The notes beneath the pieces were generated by a model. That model made no database searches. It was not told the DNA's origin and saw nothing but the letters and a program-made list of their open reading frames with translations. From the NCBI RefSeq assembly GCF_009914755.1, contig NC_060925.1: a DNA stretch of 64,000 nt, one strand, 5' to 3'. A program made the position numbers and the translations under genes. Positions 1-12,814 of this stretch are shown piece by piece. Numbering within the stretch: the stretch's first letter is position 1; each line of letters starts with the position of its first letter. The DNA is from the human T2T-CHM13v2.0 reference genome, Homo sapiens.

Positions 1-1500
1 TGGTAGCTTCATGAAGAATAGATTATTTTGCAGGGGCAAAAGCAGAGACTAGGTGGATGGCAATTGCGTGGTGCAAGGGAGAAATCAGGGTGGCTTTGAC
101 TAGGGATTTAGGTCGGGTTTCCCAGGACACAGACTCTGGAATTCAGTGATTTGCATGCAGGTAATTTAATGGAGAGTGTACTCAAGAATAACACCTGGGG
201 GGTAGGAGTTAGGTCGGGGGGAAAAAAGCATTGCACGGAAAGAAAAATTAAACTGGCATGAAGTTGCAACAGAGCTGTCAACCACCCCAAGGGAAGCTCC
301 AGAGCTGGAAGAGTCCCTCAGAGCTGTCCTGAACATAGGCAAGAGGGCCAGGCTTTCAGAGCTCAGAATCAACCAGCCACTGTGTATAGAGTGTAGACCT
401 AGGGAGGGGGCACAGCCTCAGGCAAGGGGGTTCTCTTCAGCTGAGGGGAATTCCTGGAGAAGGATGCAGCAGCTGAAGATGGAGTGTCTGGGCACATCAC
501 AGCATCCCCTGTAGGGGGTAGCTGTAGAAACCCAGAGAATTGAGCAGCCAGAATAGAATCCCTAGGTAGAACTCATGGAACTCAGAACTGGCCTGGTTGT
601 GGAAGAGGAGAACATGAGAAGAATCCAAGACAACTAAGGGCGTCTGGCTGGATGGTGGTGACATTTCTTGAGATGAAGTAGCTCAGGTGGGGAAAAACAG
701 GTTTTTGTGAGGAAATTAAGAGCTTGGTTTTGACCATGTGCTCTCTAAGAGGCCAATAGACAGCCACAGGGCTCTGTCAACTCTGCAGTGTACCAGGTGA
801 GTCTGGGGCTCAGTAGAAGGTCAAGGTTAATACACAGTTTGGGGACCTCTCGGTCCTCCAACTAAAGATGAGATGTCTACAAAAGACACTGAAGAGAGGC
901 CATGAAGCAGGAGGGAATCAAGGAGAGACAGTGACCCAGAAGCTAAGAGAGGGACTGTTAATCAGGAAGAGGGAGGAGTCATCAGATTGAGTGCCAATGA
1001 GAAGCAACCATTGGATTTGGCAAGATGGAGATTGAGGGAAATCCTGATATGAGCAGTTTGTGGGGAGCAGTGGGAACAGAAACCTGAGTAGAGAAGATCA
1101 AGGGGAGAAGCCGAGGTGGAGAGGTGATTGTAGTGACTGTAGACAGTTACTTAATTTAAAATGTCTTGTTGCGCATAGCAGGGAAGTCAGACGATATCTG
1201 CAGGAAGATGTCTAGTCAATGGAGACGGGTTATTCCAGAGCATGTGCATCCACAGATGAGGATGTCCTAGCAGAGGGGAAGAGGGAATGGAAGGAGGAAA
1301 GTCCTTGAGAAAACTAGCTAGAGTGGAGTCCAGGGCATGTATAAAGGGTTTGGACCTGATAGGCACTCATCCATGTAACCAGATACCAGTAAGTTAGTAG
1401 ACTTGGTTGGGAAAAGATGAGGAAGTTTCATCATGCCAATGAAACATGAGGTCAGGTGAGAAGAAAAAGGGGCATATGGGGGATTTGAGGAGCAATTTCT
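1..1500 (-). mobile_element. LINE-2 fragments, interrupted by an LTR at ~107-513
   Basis: Purine-rich L2 antisense-type text (ggtggctttgactaggg; gagcttggttttgaccatgt; ccattggatttggcaagatggag); boundaries approximate. Confidence 0.6.
107..513 (-). mobile_element. ERVL solo LTR, LTR33-like
   Basis: taggtcgggtttcccagg...atttgcatgcagg...gttgcaacagag...tctgggcacatcacagcatcc follows the recalled LTR33 consensus order. Confidence 0.65.
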
Positions 1501-1969
1501 TAGTCTTCCGTGGGGAAGGCCAGGCCCAAGACCTGCATCTTAGGAACACATCTACATGGGTTTCAGGAGGCTGCTTGGTGAACACTCAGAACAAAGGAGG
1601 CTGGCTGAACAAAGGGACTAGAGCTGCCTCATCCTGCCACTTCCATTCACCTTGCCCTTGAGATGGTCTGGCCATCGGTACCTGAAACCCCAAAGATGTA
1701 TGGCTAGCGCCCTCTGTATCTGTCATGGGGACAGAATTTTCTGAAGCTCTGCCTTGCAGGCCAAGGTTTTCTCACTTCTGGATAGCCCTGGGAGGGGCAC
1801 TGACCATCTTTTATCTAGGGACTCTCACTTCCTTCTACTGTGACCAACTCCCCTTTGACCAATACATTCTTATATTTCCTAGACATACAAAATAGGCTAC
1901 AGTCCAGTAGTCCTAGCCCCAAAGCTATTTTTCATCTTTAGATGACCTAGCATCTCTCTGCTCTGATCC

Positions 1970-2400
1970 ACTGATTCAAATGGACTCTCAGAAGCTTATT
2001 GATTTCCCTTGTTTCCAGGTTCTCCAGTGCCGCTCTCATAAAGAATGAGCTGCGGTTTCTATTTTCCAGTGTTCTCCTTTCTTTCAGTGTCCCTCTTTTC
2101 TTACTTTCCTCCTGCCTTTCAGACCTTGCCTTCTTAAATCCTCTGAGGTCTTCCCTCCCCTTAGGCATTGAGCGTTGTAGGTGCCACCTCCAAGTCTCTT
2201 TTCTTCTGAACTCCACACACTCTTCCCTGGATTCCCTTGGCTGCCACTCATGCATTGGCAACCTGATGAATTCCAAATAATTATTGCCCATGTAGAACCC
2301 TGTCCTGAGCTACAGACTGGTAGATCCAACACCTCCATTTAATCTCCATCACAAGTCTAGGGTCACCATCATGGTGAAACACTTCCTGACCACTCTGCTG
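1970..2400 (+). mobile_element. LINE-2 fragment
   Basis: Pyrimidine-rich L2 motifs (tccacacactcttccctgg; cctgagctacagact...atccaac). Confidence 0.5.
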
Positions 2401-2450
2401 CCTTCGGCATTCTATTCCCTGTACAGATTTCAATCTTGGCATCTTATAAC

Positions 2451-3031
2451 ATTAATTTTTATTAGACTTTATTTTTTTAGAGCAATTTTAGGTTGACTGC
2501 TAAACTGAGCAGAAAGTTAAGATAATTTCCGCGTACCCTTGGCTCCCACATACACACACAGCCTTCCTCATTACCAACATCTCCCACCAGGGAACTACAT
2601 TTGTTGTAATCTATGAATTGATGACACATCATTATCACCCAAACTCCATTAGATTTACATTAGGAATTGCTCTTGGTTATTCTATGGGTTTTGACAAATT
2701 TATATTGATGTGTACCCACCATTAGAGTGTCATACAGAGTAGTTTCACTGCCCTAAAAATCCTCTGTGCTCTGCCTATTCATCCCTCCTTTCCTCCTAAT
2801 TCCTGGCAACCACTAATCTTTTTACTACATTGCCTTTTCCAGAGCATCATATAGTTGGAATCATGCAGGGTGTATCGTTTTCAGATTGGCTTCTTTCACT
2901 TAGTAATATACATTTAAGTTTCCTCCATGTCTTTTGTGCTCGATAGCTCATTTCCTTTTAGTGCTGAATAATATTCCATGATATGGATGTGCCGTAGTTT
3001 TTTTATCCATTGGTTTACTGAAGGATATTTG
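2451..3031 (-). mobile_element. L1MC-type LINE-1 3' end (L1MC1/2-like)
   Basis: ttagactttatttttttagagcaattttaggtt...catacagagtagtttcactgccctaaaaatcctctgtgctctgcctattcatccctcc. Confidence 0.8.
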
Positions 3032-3059
3032 TAATACTAATTTTCACACTTATCAGGAG

Positions 3060-3620
3060 GAAGGTGGCTGTCTTCATAACCCCAGCACCTAGTAGAGTGC
3101 CTGGTACACTGTTGATTCTCAATAAAGCCTTCTTAAATGAATAAATGAACAAACGAACAAGTGAATAAATAGCATGCCACTGATATTTGCAACTCCATAT
3201 GTTTTAAAGCTAAATATAATCTCTCCTTCTAATCCCTCCCTCCCGTCATCTCCCAAATGGTACAGATACTCTTCTTAGATTTTCTGTCTCATAGAATTTA
3301 GCCTAGGATAAAAATCTGAAGATACCTGGTTCTCCTTTCTCCTTCACCTCCTACATCCAGCTACTCCCCAGTTTCTGTTGATTTTACCCTCGAATGTCTT
3401 CCAGTTGTCCCTTGTTCGCCATACCCTTTACCATCACTGATGTCCAGGTCTTAGTCATTTCTCACCTGGATTATTTCAACAGCCCACCGCCCCGCCCCCC
3501 GCCTGCCACCCGGCTTATTCTCTCTCCTGCCAGGGCACTCTTCACACTGGCCACCTGACTAGACTTCCTAAAGTATTCCCTCTCCTACTTAAAATTTGGC
3601 AATAAGCCCTCTTGCTTTTG
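3060..3620 (+). mobile_element. LINE-2 fragments (3' tail, then an internal piece)
   Basis: cccagcacctagtagagtgcctggtacac...tcaataaa...aatgaataaatgaa; tctcacctggattatttcaacagcc. Confidence 0.6.
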
Positions 3621-4489
3621 GGATTGCAATGGAATGCCTAATGAAGATATTTTAAAGTTACTCATGATCCAGCCCCTGAGACAGCACATGTAAAGCTCTC
3701 AGCACAGTGTCTGAAACATGAAAAGTACAATAAGTGTTCATATTAATACCATTGTTACTATATAGCCTGGAGATGAGAAGAGTTTGTGAGGACATAAGAA
3801 TTATCATCAAGTGTCTGGTGATCGGGCATATGAAATTTGCATCAGATCCTTCTGCCTTGTCCCAAGAGACATAATTGGACCAATGGATGGAGGCTGCGGA
3901 GGGGCAAGTTTTATTTAATTGAGAGGAGACATGTCTAACAGATGGAGGCATCTGAGAACCAGAAGGGAGTGCACGCCCCCTTTGATGAAGGAGTGCAATC
4001 AGAAGCCAAGATATTCTTGAATTCTGGTTGAGTCATTCACTGAATTCCCAAAGCCCACATAGTTTTTTAAGAGGGTTCAAGCATCTGCAGTCAGGGCAGG
4101 GGTGTGGACCACGTGAACCTAATGGGCACTTCCCAACCCACAGGCTCTTGCAATGGTGGTAAGAGCCCTGCCCAGTGCCAGCTCTAAAGGCCCCACTGCT
4201 CCCATCCTGTCAGATGGGAACCCTGCGTCTTACCTCCTTCCCATTCCCTTTATTCCCACAGCCATCACTCCCTCTCTGCAGCCTGTGCTCTTTTGTTAGC
4301 CTATGGACATCCTTGGAGCCTGTCTCCTCCTCCCAGTCCAATCCATCCTCCACCACACTTACAAAATGAGCTTCTTAAGTCAATAGCTGAGACCCTTTCA
4401 TTCTTCTCTTCAAAAACTTTTGAGACCCCCAGTCTCCACCCCATTGCTTCCATCATAAACTCCAAATACCTAAGTTGGTAGTTCCTGGC

Positions 4490-4700
4490 TACATGAACTC
4501 TGGGGTCAGATAAAGTCAAGTTTGAATCCTGACTCTGCCACTGATGGACTGACCTTGGGCAAATCACTTGTCCCTTTGAAATTCAGTTTCCTCATTTGCA
4601 TATTGAGGATGATCATGCTGACCTCAAAATATAGCCATGGGGATAAAGGGAGAGTTGTGAAGTCTCTAGCAGGTGCTGAAAGCATTGTGGCCTCAGGGCA
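4490..4700 (+). mobile_element. MIR SINE
   Basis: gtttgaatcctgactctgccact...tgaccttgggcaaatcactt...tcagtttcctcatttg core. Confidence 0.8.
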
Positions 4701-6854
4701 CCATGTCCCAGTGCACACTCCCAGCATCATCTCCCACCCACCTGCCATACTGCAGCCCACTGTCTGTCTCCCAGTACAGCACACACATCATGTCACTGAA
4801 CATCTGTCAAGGCCATCCCTGTAGGCTGGATTACTCCTCACCAGATTTGGCACATTTTAAAACCCTGCTCATCCTTCTAGGGGGAGCTCCAAACTCACTC
4901 CTTCCGTGAGCCTTTTTCCTGTAGATCTCCATCAGAACCAATTGTCCCAACACATTCACTCCCACAGCATTTTGGCTGAATCTGCATCAGAGCACCTCCA
5001 CTACCTAGTTTGTCCTATGTCTGGTTCTCTTTAGATCATAAGCTCCTTGAGGACAGGAACCTTGCCTGGTCCATCAGCCCAGTGTATGCAAGGTATCCTT
5101 GAACTGGAAGGTAAATACATGGGCCTAAGAAAATGTTAAAATAGCTTGGAAATGAAGGATCCTCAATAAATGTTAGTTATATAAGTAGATGGATGGGAAA
5201 GAAGTACAGTCAGTGAAACCCGGGGTCTCCCCGCAGCAGCGCTGTCTGCTTTCACTGAAGCCCTGGGGCTGATGGCCTCTGGGGAAGGATAGCTGTAAAG
5301 GGAGGTTGTAGCTCCATCTCCAATCTTCCATCTCCAGAATTTCCCCAAGGAGCTCTCTGCTCTGAATCTTCAACCCCAAATGTCCTTCTCATTGAACAAT
5401 CCAGAGACAAGAAGGAGAGGCCTCCAGTTGACCTCCTCTGGTCAGGCACCTCCTGTCCTATAGGCAAAGGCTCTGCTTGGCTGCCTCAGCCTCTCTGTGG
5501 AGCAACCCAGCCTGCTGGGCCCAGATCTCAGAGAAAGAGGCAGCCTGAGTAGCTACTTAGCCTGGGTCTGGGATTCCCTGTTGGCTTCTGGGAAGGTGGA
5601 GGGCAAAAACGCAGACCACCAAGGGGGCCTATGAAAGGAGAGGGCAAGGAGGACAGCCAGACTGTCTAGCTCAGCTGAGCCCAAAACCTCCCAGCCCAGA
5701 CTGGGTACCTAGGCTAGAAGCCACATCCACCCAAGAGGATTGTGTCCAGTGCTCAGAGCCTGGATTGGCTCAAATAGTCAAGAAATCCAGTGTTGACCAG
5801 ACTACTGAGAAGTGCAGAGTCCGTGGACTAGCTCCGCACACAGACACACACACACTCTCACACACATGCACGCACACCAAGGATGAGCTTAGTTCCTCTC
5901 TCTCTGTCCCACTCTCTGGGATGAGTGTTGCAACCCACAGTTCAGGTGCCCATTCCTGGCAAACTCCAGGCCTCCTGGAACCCCCATAGTCTAGGCTAAA
6001 GGAGGAGGGATGCAGGCTACTGTTTATTCACAACTGGCCAAGGTGGGTGGGAATCTGAAGCTCTTACTGCCCCCACTCCCACTTTCATTTTAATGAAATG
6101 AAACCACCCCACAGCCTCCACCCTGAAACCTTCCTAAGGTAAGAGTGAAATCGATTTTCCTTTTTAACTCGAAAGCAAGATAAACACATGGCACCCTTAG
6201 GGGCGGAGGGGAAGCACTTTAAATAGCACATCTCTGAGAGCAGGCTGCTGCATGCAGAGTTTGTCACAGACGAAGGCTGAATGCAAATCACAGAGGCAGC
6301 AGCTGGGCCCCACCAGCCCCCAGGGAACAGGTGAGAGGCAGCACCTTTGCCCCATGTACCCTCCGCCTCCCATAGAGCCTGCAAGAGCATCCACAGGCTG
6401 ATCCCTGTTCCCACAGACTCTGACCTGGAAACTGTCTATCGGGCCATCATCACCTATGCTCACTGCCCTGCAGTGATGGAGAGCTTATTACCCCTCAAGG
6501 CAGCCCATGCAGCTCTCCTACTGGAAACTTCTCCCCTTATTGACCCAGCACAGGCATTCCCAGCAACTTACCCCATTGATGGATTCTGTCCTGCACCCTG
6601 TATCCCTCCCCAACTCATTAGCTCCTCATGCTCCGGCATGACTCTGCAGGGATGGGAAAGCCAAGATCTTGCCCTCCCCCCACCACAGTCTTCTTTTCTT
6701 CTGTCTGACCCCCAGGACCCTCAGCCATTCCTCAGGGGATCGTGTCTCTGCATAGAGAGGCTCTCTGCACCCCTTATTCATCTTAGTCGGTGTTGGGGAA
6801 AAGTCTCCAGACAGGATGAAGAGGAGGAGGAGGAAATGGTTTGGGGCAGGGTAA

Positions 6855-7050
6855 CTGACATTGACTGAGCACTTGCTCTATGCCAGATCGTGTATTCGGG
6901 ATTTGTTTACATTATCTCATTTAATCCTCACAACAGCTCTGTGATTTAGGGACTATGATTCCCAGTTTACAGGTGAGGAAACAGCGTCATAGGCATTTCA
7001 ACAACCTGTCCCGGATCTCTAAAGCAGTGAGTTGCTTTTAATCACTAACC
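6855..7050 (-). mobile_element. MIR SINE
   Basis: ttatctcatttaatcctcacaac...tttacaggtgaggaaac. Confidence 0.8.
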
Positions 7051-8339
7051 GTATTTTCCCAAGGAATCATCCTTTTCACTTTTCTGATTGATCATTTTGG
7101 ATTGTTGTAGCCTCTGCATAAAAGGGAGCCCACCTCATATTTGGGGTACAGCAAGAGGCAGAAAGAGGCAAGGTAAGGGAGCCGGACTTCCCGTGACCAA
7201 AGCCAGCCAGACAGCATCACAGACTTTACAGGAGAGGGTGGAGGAGGATGCCTCCTGCTAGGCCACACAAATCAGTGTGATGCAGGGCTTGTGTGAGCAC
7301 ATCGGCTTTGATGGCAGACAGCTGGGTTCAAGTCTTGGGTCTGTCCCTTATTAACTGTGCAAAGTTAGGCAGGGGTCCCCTATACTCCTGCTCCAATCTC
7401 AAAGTCTAGGATGTGATGGTGGCTGTGGTCCCTGGGGACATGTCAGGGACCCTTCACGAGAGGGGTGACACCACAGATGTGGGAAAGTGTGCCCAATTTC
7501 CATATCACAGGGGCAACTCTTTTCTCCGAAAATGTGCTGGGGACAGAGCGGGTGGCCAAGGGCCAAGGAAGTGCCTGACGCATCAGGAAGTCAGCCAGTC
7601 CCTGTGCAAATACTGCCTGAGCTCTGACAGCATGCCTGACCCTATATCTGTGTGGAGGACACAGAGCAGGTCTCAACATTGCCCCTACCCCATAGGCATC
7701 CAAACCCTGGCTGGGGAGGCAGACTGGCCCGCACAGGTAAACAGTGGCTATGGGAGCTGAGACATGGAGGCCTACCTCAGCCAGAGGAGTCCAGGAGAGC
7801 CTCCCAAAAAACACGACACTCAAGTTTGAGAGGGAATGAAAGTCATGCAGGGGGAGGCCAAGGAAAGGTAGGAAGAAGGTGTGACAATGTGACAGGCCTG
7901 AGAACAAACACAGCAGAGCCAGGAGGTCTGTGCTTCCCAACTGGTGTGGCTGGGAGGCTGGCTGTGTGCGGGAAGGGCCCATCAGTCACAGGGCAGAGGC
8001 CAAGACAGCAGCAGGAGACGGTGGCTCTCAACAGGGATGCTGAGCCCAGGGCACCAAGGACCCAGGTGGGGAAACCAGGACACAGATTTGGTGGAATTGG
8101 CTAACGGGGTGGTGAGGAGGATGAGGTGAGTACTGGGTAGGGTGGGTGGTTTCAAGGTGCCTGTGGGACATATTGGAGGACAGTTCTGTCAGAAGATGGA
8201 TTATAGGAGTGGCCCTCGGCAGAGAGGTCTCAGGTGCATCATCACAGCGTGCCTACTGGGCTGTCATTCCTAACTCTGCACGCCCTCCCTGGGGTAGAAT
8301 TTTATATCCTTGTTATGCATCCTCGACTCGCACGATGTG

Positions 8340-8764
8340 CCTATTGCAAAATCTTCCTCTGGAGTAGGTGGAGTTTATATCCCTGCTCTCCTCCCCTTTG
8401 TTGACCTTTGGGCGGGCCCATGTAACTTGCTGTAATGAGTGGCAAATGGATGGAAGTAACAGCATTGCAGTTCTGAAAGAAGCCTCCAGGAGGCATTGCC
8501 TGCTTCCACTCTCTTCTGTTGAGGGTCCGCCCTCCCCATGAGCCCAGACTGCCCTGGGGCTTGCAGTGAACATAAATGGAGTGCACTGAAGCCTCACCTG
8601 GAGCCTGAAGGCCAGCCTAGTCCAACTGAGGCCAATCAAGACCAGCCAAGTCACAGCCAATCTACAGACTCTTGAATATGAAATAAATATTTGTGGTTGT
8701 AGAAGGTTTAGGTTTTGGGATGGTTGTTATGGAGCGTTATTGCAACAGAAACCTGACTAATACA
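8340..8764 (+). mobile_element. MaLR LTR (MLT1K-like)
   Basis: catgtaacttgct...aataaatatttgtggttgtag...ttttgggatggttgttat...ctgactaataca terminus. Confidence 0.75.
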
Positions 8765-9589
8765 CTGGGCATAGAGGACACCCCCCAGGGAGAACAGATA
8801 GAATGTGGTGGGGAGAGAGCCTTGCATGCTCAGGACAGCAGCATTAGGAGAAAGGAGAAGGAACCCAGGCTGGGAGACCAAAGTGTAACCTGTGAGGTGG
8901 GAGGAAAACCAAGGGAGGTACAAGGCCTGAAAACACGGAAGGAAGCATTATCAACCCAGCCTGGGGTGATGTGAGAGGGCTGCTGGGGCTGGACCCTCAA
9001 CACTGGCCAGGGCTTCTCAGGCTGTGGACCCTTGAGGAGGTGGAGTTTGGGTTGGAAGGAGACAGAATGGTGGGGACATGTTTGAGGTTGGGCTCTGCTT
9101 AGCAGGGCAGGGCAAATGGAGAAATAATGGGTCCAAAGGAGCTTCATTCCATAAATCTTGATCAGAAGCTCAAGAGATGCAGAATAGGACCGAGAAAAGG
9201 GAGACAGCAGAACCAGAGGTCACTTCCTGCAGTGGGCAAATGGCCCAGGCCCTGCCCGGAGGTGTCAGGGCCCACCAGGGAGTCTGCCATGCCTTGTGAG
9301 GACACCTCAGAAAGAAACCCCGGGAGAGTCCATAGGATGGCTGCAGAATGGAGGGGGTGGGGCCACCCATCCTCTTCCACAGCCCATCTCGAGGCTGCTG
9401 CCTGGAGTCTGAGGCTGCCAGAGCCTACCTGGAGTGACTTGGTCCCTCATGGGCTAAGCCTGAGACCCCGGCCCTAGCAGCCATAATGGCTGCGGCACCG
9501 GCACCAGAGCTTCCCTCTGGGCACAGTCCCACACCCACCCACCCGGGGAGCCAGGAAGCACAGAGGCCTATTTTGCATTTAAAAGTCCC

Positions 9590-9910
9590 ATTTGTACATG
9601 CAACAGAATATTATGCAGCTATTTAACACGAAGCTGTCAATCTGTATTTATTGACATGGAAAAATGTCCGCAACATATTGTCGGGAGAAAAAATCATTTA
9701 CACAACAGCATGTGGAGTCTCCTCCTGTTCACTTAAAACCATGTACATATGTGTTTACATTCAGACAGGGATGTCTGGAGAGTGTTCACCACAATAGAAC
9801 CAGGTTTGTTTCTGGGGGGTAGGGTTTGGGGTTGATTTCTTATTTTCTTTTTGGTTTATTTCTGTGACTGAATTTTTATAATAATAAACCTATATTATAC
9901 TTAAAAAAAA
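9590..9910 (+). mobile_element. Old LINE-1 3' end (L1ME-like)
   Basis: gaatattatgcagctattt...ttattgacatggaaaaatgtcc...A-rich end. Confidence 0.7.
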
Positions 9911-10410
9911 CACAACACTTTTCCAAAAAAAACTCCACTATGCTATTTAGTCAATGTTTTAATAAAGGACATGGGCTGAAGGAGTGTCTTGTTGCCCCCT
10001 CTGTGCCTCTCTCTTCCATCCTGCCTCTCTTCCCTAATCCTCCCTCTGATCTCCTCCAAAGACACATGCAGGGGCCTGCCCTGGGGCCAAGGCTTTGGAG
10101 TCAGGTGACTCAGGTTGCAATGTCAGCTCTGTAGAAAATGGGCATGAGAATTTCCCATGAGGTTGTTTAAGAACTAAGTAAGATAAATTAGGTGGAGGCC
10201 CTGAACTGTCCTCCACCCCCTCCACACTTGGTGTTGAGTGTATCTCCTGGTTGGTGGCAAGCACACCACAGGAATGCAAAGGCCAGAGGTGCAGAAGCCT
10301 GGGGAATACAGCCTGTCCCTGGTAGGCAGGAACACTGCCTGGAAGCACCTGTGTCACTCACAACCTCCATAAATGTAAGTTAATGTGCATTTTTAACTAA
10401 TGCGTTTCTC

Positions 10411-10660
10411 CAGGGGCTGGCAAACTAAATCCCATAGCCACGTTCAGCCCACAACCTGTTTTCCTGTGGGTGTGGGGCTAAGAATGGTCCTTATGTTTTT
10501 AAAGGGTCAAAACAAACCAGAAAAAAAAAAAGAGTATGTGGCAGAGACTATATGTGGCCCTCGAAGTCTAAAATATCGGACTTCAAGTCTAATATTGCAT
10601 ATGTGCTTGCATATACACAAACACACATGGCATTTTGCAGAAAATATTTGCGGACTCCTC
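10411..10660 (+). mobile_element. hAT-Charlie MITE, MER58-like, with an internal insertion
   Basis: caggggctggcaaact...gctaagaatggt...tatgtggccc...tttgcagaaaatatttgcggactcct with degenerate TIRs. Confidence 0.75.
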
Positions 10661-11339
10661 TATCCAGTAGTGGCTTAGGAGCAGAGTGCAGGAGCACCTC
10701 CATAATACTCTGACGGTGGCAGAGTGACAGCTCATAAGAAGGGGAAACGTCACAAGGAAGAAGCACAGAACTGTCTTTCTGCACCATATAGCGGGTGCGA
10801 ACGCTCATGTTTCCAAGGCAGGAAGAGAAGCATTATCTTCGAGATCCTCTGGTGAGGGAGGCAGGGATGTGAGTAAGATATCTGGGATGATTTCCATCCC
10901 AGAGAGTAAGATGGAGTTTTGGGGTTGAAGGGAAGAGCTTCAATTATGCAGAAAATGTATCCTGTGAGTTGGGTACTGTTATCATCTCTGCTTTGGGAAG
11001 TGCACACTTAGAGAGAGAAAGTTAGGTCAAGGTCATACCACTGTGAGCGGAGAGCAGAGATTTGAGCCCAGGCAGCATAACCCTAGGTTCTGTGTCCTAA
11101 ACTTTGCCTACGCGGTTGTTCTTGGGTAGGTGAGGGTCGGTTAGATGTGGGTCTCCAGGTTCTTCTTGGAACATCAATGACTCATCTAAGTGGACCCCTG
11201 GGGGCCACTGGTGCCACCCACCCAATTGGTCAGGTCTGACTGTGAGGCCCAGCTTCTGCAGAGAGGTCAGAGGCCCTTTGTGGAAAGAGGGAAGGGAACA
11301 CCCACATTCTGGTCACTGGCTAGATGGGCCATGCTGGAT

Positions 11340-11530
11340 GCCCCACATACTACATCATCTCCTTCCATCTTCACAAACACCCGCAGTATCGGGACACTGA
11401 CCCCATTTTGCAGGAGGAAAATTGAGGCCCCAGGAACTAACACAAAGTCATGCAGACTGTAAATGGCAGGTTCTGGAGTTGAAACTAGCTCTCTCTAATT
11501 CCGAAGCCCTTGCCTTTCCTGCTCCACAAT
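11340..11530 (-). mobile_element. MIR SINE
   Basis: ccccattttgcaggaggaaaattgaggccc...aaatggcagg. Confidence 0.65.
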
Positions 11531-11949
11531 GCTGCCTCTTTTGCGGGGTGGGTGGGTGCATCTCCTCCTTGTCTGTCTCTGGGGGCACCTCCTTCTGCAC
11601 AAGCAGGTATATCAGCAAGTGAGCCGCCTGCTCAGCTCCCACCAACTCTGTCCCACAGAACCTGAGCCAGTCAAGTGTAGCAGGATTGGGTCTGCTGAGG
11701 CAGACTAATGAAGCAATTTAAAAACAATCGTTTGGAACACACAGACATCTGGGTAATAATAGACTACAAGACAACTGACCAGCGAATTTTCTCAGGGCCA
11801 CTAATGGAGCAAGATCTACCTCAGCACATGCAGATGGCAAGAAACTCATTGGCAGTCCCACAGGTATCTTTGTGAGGTTTGGAGATATATCCACTTCACA
11901 GGATCAGCCCATCCACTCCTCTGGCATGGCCTGGCTGGGCACTGCACGT

Positions 11950-12140
11950 GTGTGTCTGAGGAATGCTCCTAAGCAGACACACACAGAAACACAGGTACAT
12001 TTACAGCTTGACATGATCATGCATATACACAGCTGTGCATACATTTGCATATATGTGGAAGGCCATCTATGCCCACATATACTCTCATGCACATTTGCAA
12101 GCACACATGGGCATACACAAACATATATGCATGCACTTCT
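11950..12140. repeat. Degenerate CA/TA-rich low-complexity tract
   Basis: cacacacag/gcatatacac/cacacatg reiterations; similar sequence continues at 12505-12540 and 12815-12905. Confidence 0.7.
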
Positions 12141-12504
12141 TGGTAGAATACAATATTGACCCCAATTCACCACCTCTGCCTATATTTCCACTGAGGGGGC
12201 AGAATACATTTCCCTGCCCCTTGACTTTGTGCTTGGTCATGTGACTTGCTTTAGCCAATAGAATAAGGCAGATGTGATGGAGTGGCAGTTCCAAGGCTAG
12301 GCCTTAAGAGACCTCTTGCCTTTATGTCAATACTATGAAAAGAACATGCCTGGGCTAGCCCTTGGTCCCAGCAGGAAGATGAGACACGTGAAGCAGAGAT
12401 GCTCCAGCAAAGCCCAGCCTAGATCAGCCCAGCCCAGCCAATGCACAGATGTGTGGCAATGACAAATGGAGTGGTCTGTTATACAGCAAGAGTTAACCAA
12501 TACA
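12141..12504 (+). mobile_element. MaLR LTR (MLT1I/J-like)
   Basis: ggtcatgtgacttgctttagccaatagaat...aggctaggccttaagag...aaccaataca terminus. Confidence 0.8.
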
Positions 12505-12540
12505 CACCCAGAGAGACACATGCACACAGAGACATGTAGA

Positions 12541-12814
12541 GAGGAATCCTTCATTATCCAGGAGGGACAGGTTCCAGGATCCCCCCAGGTACCAAAATCT
12601 GATGATGCTTAAGTCCCTTATATAGAATGGGGTAGTGTTTTTGTATAACCTAGATTACTTACAATACTTAATCCAGTGTAAATAGTTGTTATACTGGATT
12701 GTTTTTAAAATTTGTATTATTTTTTATTGTTGCATTGTTATTTTTTAAAAAATATTTTTGATCCTTCTCTGAATTCAAGAATGTGGAACCCACAGATACA
12801 GAGCACCTATTGTA
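12541..12814 (+). mobile_element. Tigger-family DNA transposon, MER2-like
   Basis: ggttccaggatcccccc...accaaaatc...gatgcttaagtcccttatata...gtggaacccacagatacagag. Confidence 0.8.

Noticed and set aside
7117-7180. CATAAAA box followed by an AAG/GTAAGG donor, as a possible first exon
   Set aside because: No CpG island or other promoter support; chance-level match
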